This document shows, in pieces, positions 19,833-28,954 of a DNA stretch of 64,000 nucleotides. Each line of letters starts with the position of its first letter. Within the stretch, counting starts at the first letter, position 1. Position numbers and translations under genes: made by a program. Below the pieces are notes generated by a model. That model was given only the letters and a program-made list of their open reading frames with translations. It was not told the DNA's origin and ran no database searches. Origin of the DNA: a virus; IMG/VR virus record IMGVR_UViG_3300042561_001378, positions 1-64,000 of that record; one strand, given 5' to 3'.

Positions 19833-22800
19833 TTTAGGTGAACTCGTACTCAGGCTTAGGGTTGACAGTAGTCAGTACACCCGCGACCTACTCAGGGCCA
19901 GGGCCCAGGCTGCTGCGCTCAAAGATATCCGGGTTGGCCTCCGGCTTGACAATAGCCAGTACACCCGTGACTTACTCAAAGCCAGGACACAGGCTCAGTC
20001 GCTGAAAGATATCCGGGTTGGTCTACAGCTTGACAGTAGCCAATACACCCGCGACCTACTCAGTGCCAGAGCCCAGGCTGAAGCGCTCAAAGATATCCGG
20101 GTTAATCTCCGGGCTGAGGGCCTCGGGGGCGTTGATGCTGGCCTACAGAGAGTCGGAGCCGGTACCCGTGATGTGAGAACATCGTTTTCTGTCTTGCAGG
20201 GGGCCATCCAGGGCGCAGCCCAGGCCATCACCCAAAGCCTGATTCAGATCGGCGGGTCATTGCTAAAGCTCCCTCTCAATATTGTGGGTGGGTCGCTTAA
20301 TAGCTTTGCGGGATTAGAGACAGAGCTAGTAAAATTAGGCGCATTGTCCACCCTGGGCCGAGAGGGCATACAACCCATAGCCGATGAAATCCAGAGGCTT
20401 GGCCAAGTTTCTACGAAAACGCAGGTAGAAGTCGCCCAGGCCGCAAATACTTTGTCTACGCTAGGCGTATCGCCTGATGAGATTCAAAAACGATTGCCTG
20501 GTATAGTTGCGCTCTCAGAAGCAACTGGAGCCGGTTTAGTTGAAGCGGCTAAGCTTAGTACATCCGCAGCTACCATTTTTGGGTTTTCATCTGATGAAAT
20601 CGCAGATCGATTAGCATCTTTAGCGATTGACAGCGCTGCGGATGTTGGAGACGTTCAACAGCTTTTACAACAAACTAGCGGTATCTTTAATCAGTTAGGA
20701 GATTCAGCAGATCCGGACGAACTATTAGCTTTTTTTGCTACACTCCGCGATGCAGACATAAGCGCAGACGTGGGGGCTACAGGTTTAGCGTCAGTAATTG
20801 AAACATTAGTAGACCCCAAAAAAGCTGACGAATTAAAAGAGCTAGGAGTTAGCGCATTCGACGCAGAAGGCAATTTCCTGGGGTTTGAAACTGTACTCAG
20901 GCAATTGGCAGCAACGCAAAAAACCTTGAACCCTAAAGATTTCACAGGTAAACTTATTGGTACTTTTGGGGCTGGAGGTATTGAAGCAATTGCAGGAGGA
21001 CTAGGCGGTTTAGATACAAGCTTTAATAAAGTATTTAATGGACTAAAAAATTCTGCTGGCAAAACTGATGTAATTACAGAAGAGCTACAAAAAGGACTTC
21101 CAGCCGCTATAGAACAATTTGGCGGATCCCTAGATACGCTTGATGTTGCATTTGGTGCATCTATTGCATCTATTCAAGAAGGGTTATTACGACTAGGGAC
21201 AACGTTGCTTAATACCTTAAGCGAGTCCGACATTTTTGAACAGCTTACTACCGCGTCCAATGGTTTCTTTGAGGCACTATCAAGCAACGAAGGGTTTGTT
21301 GCAGAGCTAGGCAAAACCCTCGTTGCCACATTGGGATCAGTCCTTAACGCCATTGCATCCGTCGTCACTCGAATCACAAACGAATTTGTAGCTAACCCTG
21401 AAGAGATCCTGGCCCGTGTTCAAGGTTTTGTGACTCAAGCTGGAGTCGTGATCACTAACGCCATTCTCGGGGCCGGTGCTGCCTTTCAGTTTATCGTCCA
21501 AAACTTTGACGCCATCGTCGCCGGGGTGCAGGCCCTGGGGGTTGTCATTGCCGCCGCGATCGCAGGCAATGTCATTGCCGGGGTAGTCTCGTTTGGGACG
21601 ACCCTAGTCACCATCGCTACCACCATCATCCCCCTAGTTTCAGGGGCATTTACCGCGCTATCAGGCATCGTCTCCGGGCTATTGCTGGCATTCAAAGCGG
21701 GGGGCATTGCCGGGGTAGTGTCTAGCCTTGGCGCTACCTTCTCCCTGTTCGCGGCATCGTTGGCCCCTCTACTGCCCATCATTGCCGCCGTGGCTGGGGC
21801 GATCGCATTAATCGTCGTCGCGTTCAAGGCATTGCGGTCGGAGCGGGGCCAGGAAATTCTAGGTGCGATCGGGGCCAAGGCCACAGAATTGTTTGACTCA
21901 TTCCGCAACAGCGAACCCGTAAAGGCGTTCTTAAATCTGCTGGATTCAATCAGGGATCTAGGAGTCGCGCTCATCCCAGTTATCAAAAATGTAGCCGGAG
22001 AAATAATTCGACTTACTGGGGTTGGGATTGAAAATATAAAGTCAGCTTTTGCCTCAACGGGGATCAGCGTCAATGATATTTACAAAACATTGTTACTCAT
22101 AAATCCTATTGCTGCCGGTACAATTGCTCTTGCCAAAACATTGCTTTCAATCGTTACCGACATTCTAAATAAGACCGCCACTGTCATTGACAACCTCACC
22201 GCTGCTATCAGTGGGCCGAAGAAATTTGAAGTATCAGGAGCTGATGAACGGGCAGATACGATAAGGGAACAGGGCGTCAATCAGTTGACAGTAGCAGAGA
22301 AAACCGCTGCTGCTGCTAAACCCGATGCCGATAAACCCGATGCCGATAAAGCTGCTGCCGATAAAGCTGCTGCCGATAAAGCTGCCGCCGATAAAGCTGC
22401 CGCCGATAAAGCCGCTGCCGATAAAGCTGCTGCCAATAAAGCTGCTGCCAATAAAGCCGCCGCCGATGCCCTCGCCGCTGCTGAGAAAAAGGCTGAGGAC
22501 GACAAGAACGCCCGCCAGACCGCCTTTGACAATGCCCGCATTGCCCGTGACATTGCCGCCGAAGATGCCAAACTAGCCCGTCAACGCGCGTTTGACGATA
22601 CCAAACGCGCCAATGCGATTGCCCTAGAAGTCGAGATTGAGCGGCGCAAGATAGCGACTGAGCAGGCGATCGAGGACATCAAGGAAGAAGGGCGTATTCG
22701 GGAAGAGGCATTCAACAAAAAGCAAAATGAAGACAAACTAGCCTTCGAGGATGACCTGGCTGCTCGTCGCACTGCCGCTGAACGCCAGTTTGCTCTAGAC

Positions 22801-23574
22801 GAAGCTGGGTCACTAGACGAGCGGAACAAGCTAGTCGAGGGCTTTGCCGCCGAAGATCGCAAGGCTGCGGTACTGGCCCCCTTTGAGCAAGAACAGCGCG
22901 ACTTTGAGGCACAGCAACTAGAAGAACGCCGCATCTTTGAAGAACAGCAACGCGCCCTTGATGCCGAAGCTGAAGAACTTAAGCGCCAGTCTGAGCTAGA
23001 AATCAACGCCCTCAACCTTGATGCCAAAAATCAAGAGATTGCCCTAGAGCGTGACTTCCAAAACAATGAACGCACCCTTGAGCGCCAAGCCAAAGAACAG
23101 GAGCGGGCTAGGGAGGCATCTTTTAACGCCACCGAGCGCAGGCTAGATGAAGAATCTGCCCGCAGGATTGAGGCACTCAAGTCCGGCAACGACGCCGCCG
23201 CCGTCACTGCCTTCCGTCGGGGTGGCACCTTCGCCGCTGGCCAAAACATTCTCGCGGGTGAGGCTGGCCCAGAGCTACTCAAGGTCGGCGGTAAGCAAGC
23301 CCTGGTCACCGAACCCAGCCTCATGCGCTTCGACTCCCCTGGCCGCGTCACCAGCGCACCCTCCACCCGGCGTAAACTATCCCAGGGGCAACTGAGTAGG
23401 GCCGGGGCTGGGGGTGAGCTCAAGGCCATGCGGAAGGCCCTGGAGCGATCGCTAGCTAGACCCCCCGCCGACATCAACACCACTGTGCAGGTGCAAGGGC
23501 TCAGTGCTGACCAGGTACGGCGGCAATTGGCCATGCACCAGTCAGACCTATACCGCAGCCTAGGGGGCCTCTGA
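19825..23574 (+). CDS. Tape measure protein
   Basis: 1249 aa; TP901-like core, hydrophobic middle, coiled coil, FRRGG…GEAGPEL C-terminal motif. Confidence 0.92.
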   Translation: MADLGELVLRLRVDSSQYTRDLLRARAQAAALKDIRVGLRLDNSQYTRDLLKARTQAQSLKDIRVGLQLDSSQYTRDLLSARAQAEALKDIRVNLRAEGLGGVDAGLQRVGAGTRDVRTSFSVLQGAIQGAAQAITQSLIQIGGSLLKLPLNIVGGSLNSFAGLETELVKLGALSTLGREGIQPIADEIQRLGQVSTKTQVEVAQAANTLSTLGVSPDEIQKRLPGIVALSEATGAGLVEAAKLSTSAATIFGFSSDEIADRLASLAIDSAADVGDVQQLLQQTSGIFNQLGDSADPDELLAFFATLRDADISADVGATGLASVIETLVDPKKADELKELGVSAFDAEGNFLGFETVLRQLAATQKTLNPKDFTGKLIGTFGAGGIEAIAGGLGGLDTSFNKVFNGLKNSAGKTDVITEELQKGLPAAIEQFGGSLDTLDVAFGASIASIQEGLLRLGTTLLNTLSESDIFEQLTTASNGFFEALSSNEGFVAELGKTLVATLGSVLNAIASVVTRITNEFVANPEEILARVQGFVTQAGVVITNAILGAGAAFQFIVQNFDAIVAGVQALGVVIAAAIAGNVIAGVVSFGTTLVTIATTIIPLVSGAFTALSGIVSGLLLAFKAGGIAGVVSSLGATFSLFAASLAPLLPIIAAVAGAIALIVVAFKALRSERGQEILGAIGAKATELFDSFRNSEPVKAFLNLLDSIRDLGVALIPVIKNVAGEIIRLTGVGIENIKSAFASTGISVNDIYKTLLLINPIAAGTIALAKTLLSIVTDILNKTATVIDNLTAAISGPKKFEVSGADERADTIREQGVNQLTVAEKTAAAAKPDADKPDADKAAADKAAADKAAADKAAADKAAADKAAANKAAANKAAADALAAAEKKAEDDKNARQTAFDNARIARDIAAEDAKLARQRAFDDTKRANAIALEVEIERRKIATEQAIEDIKEEGRIREEAFNKKQNEDKLAFEDDLAARRTAAERQFALDEAGSLDERNKLVEGFAAEDRKAAVLAPFEQEQRDFEAQQLEERRIFEEQQRALDAEAEELKRQSELEINALNLDAKNQEIALERDFQNNERTLERQAKEQERAREASFNATERRLDEESARRIEALKSGNDAAAVTAFRRGGTFAAGQNILAGEAGPELLKVGGKQALVTEPSLMRFDSPGRVTSAPSTRRKLSQGQLSRAGAGGELKAMRKALERSLARPPADINTTVQVQGLSADQVRRQLAMHQSDLYRSLGGL

Positions 23575-24050
23575 TGTCCAACAAATTCACGCTGATTCTT
23601 GCAGGGCAGACGAGCATTGTCCTTACCCATTCCGCCGGTCAACTGTTTGCCCCCGCGCAGCTAGGGTTCACCAGCGTGGGCGACACCAATCTTCGAGGCA
23701 TCTCACTGGTCGGCGCTACCCCGGTTCAACCCCTCGACCTGGTTTTCGACGCGGCCTTGACCAATGCGCAATTCTGCACCTTCCAGCAGTTTGCGTACCA
23801 GCAGGAGGTGGGGGGCCAGAAGGGGGATATCGTGCTTAGGAATGAATGGTATCGAATCAACGCCAACTGGGCTGCTGTCAATAACCGATCGACCGTGGGC
23901 AGCGCTGTCACCACCGCTGGCATATCTCAGAGTTACGTCCAGTATCCTGTGCTTCTGCTATTGCCAGAGGATTGGTTTGAGCCCCTGGGCCAGAACAGCG
24001 GGGGGCAGTGGTGGTCGGTGAAGTTTACGGCGAAGGAGCTGACGGCTTAG
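23574..24050 (+). CDS. Putative distal tail protein
   Basis: Coupled to TMP, 158 aa. Confidence 0.55.
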   Translation: MSNKFTLILAGQTSIVLTHSAGQLFAPAQLGFTSVGDTNLRGISLVGATPVQPLDLVFDAALTNAQFCTFQQFAYQQEVGGQKGDIVLRNEWYRINANWAAVNNRSTVGSAVTTAGISQSYVQYPVLLLLPEDWFEPLGQNSGGQWWSVKFTAKELTA

Positions 24051-24251
24051 CTTCCCATTCATCGGGCATGGGGTGAGGGGCTATGGGAGAGGCGGCAACA
24101 ATCGCGGTAGTACCACGGTTGAAAAATGCTGTAAAGTAGGGGTGGATTCCGTTGCAAGATTCCCCCCTACTTATGGTGCCTGTGCACATCTCTACTTTAA
24201 GGGATGTGCTTGGTAGCTAGGAAGGGATTGTCCTCTTACCACAGCAAAACC

Positions 24252-24866
24252 ATGAAAACTGCCCAAGTTAAAATCACAGGCCAAGCACCCTACACTCAGT
24301 CTCGGTTCCACGGTGAAGCCAAGCTACCCCGTGAAGGTAGCGAAGATTACGAAAACCGGACATGGCCAGGGAAGGCCCACCTGAATGAGGCTGAACAGGT
24401 CACGATACCTGCGCTGGCTTTCAAAAAGTGCCTTGCAGAAGCTGCAAAGTATCTATCTGAACAGATCCCAGGCAAGGGCAAGGCCACCTATACCAAGCAC
24501 TTCCAGAGCGGGGTGATCGTGCTGACTGATAGCGTTGTCTCTTACAAGGGCCAGCCGGTCACCAAAGCCTTGCTTGACGTTCCCAAAAGCGGATATTACG
24601 GAAACAGAATGTTTGTCCCCTCTGACGGGGTGGCAGGTTCTGGTAAACGGGTGTTTCGCACATTCCCGACCGTTGCTGACGGCTGGGAATGTGTTGTTGA
24701 ATTCTTGATTATGGATGACATCATTACCCAGCCTGTCTTCCAGAAACACCTAACAATGGCTGGGATGTTGATTGGAGTCGGTGCCTTCCGGGTTCGTAAT
24801 GGCGGGGTGATGGGCCGGTTTAAGTCTGAAATTCTGAGTTGGACAGAAGACAAAGAGGTAGCATGA
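24252..24866 (+). CDS. Solitary RAMP/Cas7-like RNA-binding protein (Vipr-like effector)
   Basis: VKITGQAPY first strand, IPALAFKKCL helix, C-terminal Gly-rich loop GMLIGVGAFRVRNGGVMGRF; no other cas genes recognised in the window. Confidence 0.75.
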   Translation: MKTAQVKITGQAPYTQSRFHGEAKLPREGSEDYENRTWPGKAHLNEAEQVTIPALAFKKCLAEAAKYLSEQIPGKGKATYTKHFQSGVIVLTDSVVSYKGQPVTKALLDVPKSGYYGNRMFVPSDGVAGSGKRVFRTFPTVADGWECVVEFLIMDDIITQPVFQKHLTMAGMLIGVGAFRVRNGGVMGRFKSEILSWTEDKEVA

Positions 24867-25387
24867 TGGACGTTTTGACAGACAGCACCCCCGCCTTTGT
24901 GGGGAAACGCTCAATCTACACCCAGCTATTGATCCAGGCCATGCGGGATGTACCAGACGGGGAAACCTTCACCTACACCCAAGCCATGACCATCACTGGA
25001 CTGAGTGCAACCAAGACAAAAACCTATCTCCTTTCAGCGATCCAGTCGCTGTTGAGAGATTACGGCATTGTCTATAACTGTTGCCGAAACGTGGGATATA
25101 CCCGCTTAACGCCTGAAGAAGTGCCCACTGTAGCGAACACCAAAAACCTCACCAAGATGAGGGGAACCACTGGACGTTACAGGGATACCCTTGAAGCTGT
25201 AGACCCTGGCACCCTATCCCAAGAGGCCCAGACTAAGCACACCCTGGGAATGCTCAATGTCCACCTTATGGAGGGCGTCATTAGCCGCAAATCCCAGCGG
25301 GCGATTGGGAAACAGGTAGTGCAGTCAAAACCTGAACTGCCAGACAGAGACAGGATGATCGCCCTGTATAAAGGGCTGTTCTCCTAG
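24863..25387 (+). CDS. Unknown accessory protein coupled to RAMP gene
   Basis: GAGG RBS, ATGA overlap; possible winged-helix N-terminus. Confidence 0.7.
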   Translation: MMDVLTDSTPAFVGKRSIYTQLLIQAMRDVPDGETFTYTQAMTITGLSATKTKTYLLSAIQSLLRDYGIVYNCCRNVGYTRLTPEEVPTVANTKNLTKMRGTTGRYRDTLEAVDPGTLSQEAQTKHTLGMLNVHLMEGVISRKSQRAIGKQVVQSKPELPDRDRMIALYKGLFS

Positions 25388-25496
25388 GGGCAGATCAACT
25401 CAACTCATCTCGCATCTTCTCGTCTCCCCTCGACTCCTCTCATCTCTTCTCTCCTCTCCTCTGCTCGACTCTACTCCACTCTTCTCGACTCAACCG

Positions 25497-25523
25497 AACC
25501 CCGTCAGCGATGGCGGGGTTTCT
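25497..25523 (+). terminator. Repeated terminator hairpin (first of ten)
   Basis: AACCCCGTCA-GCGA-TGGCGGGGTTTCT; GNRA loop in 9 of 10 copies; same stem follows the gene ending at 61501. Confidence 0.75.
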
Positions 25524-25704
25524 CATGGGCGGGGGTGGGGGTATAATGAGGGGCAGATCAACTCGCATCGACTCTGCTCCCCTCATCTCAACTCGCCTCG
25601 CCTCGTCTCATCTCATCTCGACTCTTCTCGTCTCGCCTCAGCTCAGCACAAGGCAACTCAACCGAACCCCGTCAGCGATGGCGGGGTTTCTCATTGCGGG
25701 GGTA

Positions 25705-25713
25705 TGGCATAAT
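25705..25713 (+). promoter_or_regulatory. Extended -10 promoter repeated before array units 3-10 (TATAAT before unit 2)
   Basis: TGGCATAAT 5 nt upstream of the first pentamer. Confidence 0.7.
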
Positions 25714-27408
25714 GGGGGGACAGCTCATCTCCACTCAACTCACCTCCTCTTAACTCGGCTCTTCTCGTCTCCGCTCTCCTCGTCTCCTCTCGACTCTTCT
25801 CGTCTCGCCTCAGCTCAGCACAAGGCGGCTCAACCAAACCCCGCCAGCGATGGCGGGGTTTCTCATTGCGGGGGTATGGCATAATGGGGGGACAACTCAA
25901 CTCTCCTCTCCTCCACTCGGCTCTGCTCCCCTCGCCTCTTCTCGACTCGACTCAACCGAACCCCGTCAGCGATGGCGGGGTTTCTCATGGCGGGGGGTGT
26001 GGCATAATGAGGGGACAACTCGTCTCAACTCCTCTCACCTCGGCTCGCATCTGCTCGTCTCTACTCATCTCTTCTCCCCTCATCTCGGCTCATCTCGACT
26101 CGACTCAACTCAGCTCATCTCTTCTCGTCTCGCCTCAGCTCAGCACAAGGCAGCTCAACCAAACCCCGTCAGCGATGGCGGGGTTTCTCATTACAGGGGT
26201 ATGGCATAATGGGGGGACATCTCAGCTCCGCTCATCTCCCCTCGACTCATCTCGTCTCGACTCGTTTCCTCTCCCCTCGACTCGACTCGACCAAACCCCG
26301 TCATTGCTGGCGGGGTTTCTCATTGCGGGGGTATGGCATAATGGGGGGACAACTCGCCTCGGATCGCCTCACCTCGGCTCAACTCGGCTCGTCTCAACTC
26401 CCCTCGACTCGACTCAACCGAACCCCGTCAGCGATGGCGGGGTTTCTCATGGCAGGGGTGTGGCATAATGGGGGGACAGCTCAGCTCATCTCAACTCCCC
26501 TCGCCTCTACTCACCTCGACTCACATCTGCTCGGCTCATCTCGTCTCGCCTCAGCTCAGCACAAGGCAGCTCAACCAAACCCCGTCAGCGATGGCGGGGT
26601 TTCTCATGGGCAGGGTATGGCATAATGAGGGGACATCTCAGCTCCGCTCGGCTCTGCTCTGCTCGGCTCGCCTCGGCTCATCTCGCCTCACCTCGCCTCT
26701 GCTCATCTCGACTCAACCGAACCCCGTCAGCAATGGCGGGGTTTCTCGTGGGCGGGGTATGGCATAATGGGGGGACAGCTCATCTCGACTCGTCTCGGCT
26801 CAGCTCGTCTCCACTCGACTCCGCTCGCCTCCTCTCGACTCATCTCGACTCCTCTCCGCTCTTCTCGACTCAACCAAACCCCGTCAGTGATGGCGGGGTT
26901 TCTCATTGCGCCACTGCCACACCACCCCAGGCCGTCGCGGGCTTTCCCCTGTCCCCAGATCCAGCACCTCGACCTCGACCCCGCCCGACCTCAGCACTAC
27001 AGCATCGACACACCACCGCCCCACCAGCAGGCTCATCCCCGGTGGGTACAGATAAACCCAGGGGCACCATACCGCCAGCCCCCAGCGATCGCACCGCAGT
27101 CCCCATCGTTCGGCCTGGCCCTTTTCCATACTCATCCCTCGTCCATCCACAGCACCCCCACCCACGGGGTATTAATCTCAGCCTCGCGCCGTACCCAGTC
27201 CAGCGCCACACAGGGCCGCGCATCCTCGCCCCACCACTGACACACCGGGCGAAACGTGATCGACACATCGCCAAACTGCCAGCAGTCCGCCACCTTTACC
27301 CCGCAAGTGTAGTAGCGGAGCCAGGGGTAAAAAGTTCGCAGTAGGGGTGACATGGCGTGGGGCTTGTAGGGCTACCGTGATTCTACCGCAGGCCACCCGG
27401 TCGCAACC

Positions 27409-27540
27409 CTGTACAGGGTGTGCAGGCCATGCAGGCCTCCGTTGAAATTATTTTGCTGTGTGTGCGGCGGAATTTTTTCGGAAACACACAGCACTTTCAC
27501 GCTAGAAACCGGGGGTGTTTGCCCTACACGGCCTGCACAG
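27409..27540 (+). repeat. 132-bp element, copy B
   Basis: Colinear with 13466-13597. Confidence 0.9.
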
Positions 27541-27730
27541 CCCTAGTGCGATCGCCCTAAAACCCCTGTTCTCTCGTTGCGGCCCATCATTCCCGGCGCA
27601 TCAGTACAGGAGGTACAGGGCACTATTCCCCAACCTTTTCTTATATACTTTTACTGTGCATAGACAGCACAAAACAGACCACGTTGCCGGGGTCTTTTTG
27701 AAATTGTAGCACCTTGCACGGCCCTGAACC

Positions 27731-27916
27731 ATGACCCTAGACCCCGGCGATCGCTGTTACTACTGCACCGGCAAAACCCTGGACCCTGCCGTTGTGGTGG
27801 GGTGCCCCATGGACGTGCTGGTGTTGCGGGTAGATTGGGGCGATCGCTGCACCGACATGGGCCTAGAGTGGGCACCGGGTAGCGAGGAGTGGGACAGGAT
27901 TGCGCCGCCGTTCTGA
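27731..27916 (+). CDS. Small hypothetical protein
   Basis: LDPGDRC.Y KOW-like start. Confidence 0.45.
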   Translation: MTLDPGDRCYYCTGKTLDPAVVVGCPMDVLVLRVDWGDRCTDMGLEWAPGSEEWDRIAPPF

Positions 27917-28418
27917 GGCGGGGCAGAGTGTTAGGCCGCTAATCCTGACCAGCCCGGTAAAATAAAAAAGCCGTTTGCTAGGTGGCATGATGCCTGAAAA
28001 TAATTTGTTGGTAAAAACCGATGGCGGCTGGGTGTGGGCCGACAACCCTTTAGCGACTCAGGCCAGGAAAGAATTTGAGACTTCCGTGTTTGCTCTAGAT
28101 AACGAGAACACGTCTAAGGTACTCGCGGAGATGCTGGTTGCGGCGATCGGGGCTGGTGCCGTGGGGGAAGATTTTCAGGATCTGATAATAAAAGTGGTCA
28201 CCGGGGCCATTACCAAGATCCAAGAAGATGCCCGGAGTGCCTGGGCATTTGTTCACGAGAATACTGGCCTTGATTCTCTTGACGAGACGGATCTTACATA
28301 CAACTGGCCAAAGGGCGAGTTTTCCCTAGCTGAGCCTGTGACTGAAAATGCACCGACCTGGGCCTAGAGTGGGCACCGGGTAGCGAGGAGTGGGACAGGA
28401 TTGTACCGCCGTTCTGAG
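27848..28418 (+). repeat. 70-bp direct repeat (27848-27917 and 28349-28418) flanking one gene
   Basis: TGCACCGAC.TGGGCCTAGAGTGGGCACCGGGTAGCGAGGAGTGGGACAGGATTG..CCGCCGTTCTGAG. Confidence 0.85.
27975..28367 (+). CDS. Hypothetical protein
   Basis: 130-aa acidic ORF. Confidence 0.55.
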   Translation: MLGGMMPENNLLVKTDGGWVWADNPLATQARKEFETSVFALDNENTSKVLAEMLVAAIGAGAVGEDFQDLIIKVVTGAITKIQEDARSAWAFVHENTGLDSLDETDLTYNWPKGEFSLAEPVTENAPTWA

Positions 28419-28594
28419 TGGTGAAAAGGCGCGACCTGGGCCATAGCAATTCGCCAGAGGTCTTCCCGTCCACGCCAACTGTACCGGGGTTGTGATTGAC
28501 AAGGCCATGGTTGGCAGCCCTACCCTGCGGTATTACAAAGGCTATGGCCCAGGTCGCCCTGCCATTCTACCAAGCGACCCTCCAGCAGTTAGGG

Positions 28595-28624
28595 TTGACA
28601 GTCACGAAAGGTGTTTGTTATAGT
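28595..28624 (+). promoter_or_regulatory. Conserved sigma70 promoter, copy 1
   Basis: TTGACA-GTCACGAAAGGTGTTTGT-TATAGT. Confidence 0.8.
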
Positions 28625-28753
28625 GATTGTATCCGCAACTGAGGACGCCCACCGATGACTGCCCAATGGGCAAGTACAGCATGGCCCGGTTATCCGCGCC
28701 GCCTAGCCCCACCCGCCCATCCCTGATGGGCTATCCACCACTGAACAACCGCC

Positions 28754-28954
28754 ATGAAAATCTATCAATCAAATGTTTCAAAGTTGGTCGAGTCACTTAC
28801 GCCCGCCCAAGTTTTAGCCCTAGGCGGGGTGCTCTTAGAGCATCCTGAATTACTATCAAGCGCTTTGACTCAGGCATACACAGCCATGCCTGAGTCAAAG
28901 CAGATTGAAGCCCGTCAACAAATGAACAGGCTATTTTGTGACCGCATCGAATAA
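28754..28954 (+). CDS. Hypothetical protein
   Basis: Downstream of conserved promoter. Confidence 0.5.
   Translation: MKIYQSNVSKLVESLTPAQVLALGGVLLEHPELLSSALTQAYTAMPESKQIEARQQMNRLFCDRIE

Larger units (their letters stand above)
25389..26901 (+). ncRNA. Array of ten putative guide-like small RNAs made of (CTC-NN)n pentamers
   Basis: Tracts at 25389-25493, 25552-25661, 25719-25833, 25891-25955, 26014-26158, 26216-26290, 26348-26417, 26475-26574, 26632-26716, 26774-26873; each closed by the same hairpin, units 2-10 preceded by a -10 box. Confidence 0.8.

Noticed and set aside
19995-23642. Minus-strand ORFs within the tape measure gene
   Set aside because: Antisense shadows of a strongly supported gene
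24121-24132. Self-target of unit 1 in the RAMP upstream region (AAAAATGCT)
   Set aside because: Only a 9-nt contiguous match that breaks immediately; expected by chance
25389-26873. Simple microsatellite or cyanobacterial STRR repeat
   Set aside because: NN positions are high-complexity and unit-specific, register is perfect, and tracts are framed by expression signals
25389-26901. Canonical CRISPR array
   Set aside because: The constant part is a terminator plus promoter, the variable parts are 65-145 nt with internal 5-nt periodicity, and no cas1/cas2/cas6 was recognised
25510-27396. Many overlapping Ser/Leu/Arg-rich ORFs over the pentamer array
   Set aside because: CTC-NN repeats rarely create stops; no RBS, several frames open at once, and promoters/terminators punctuate them, so they are shadow ORFs
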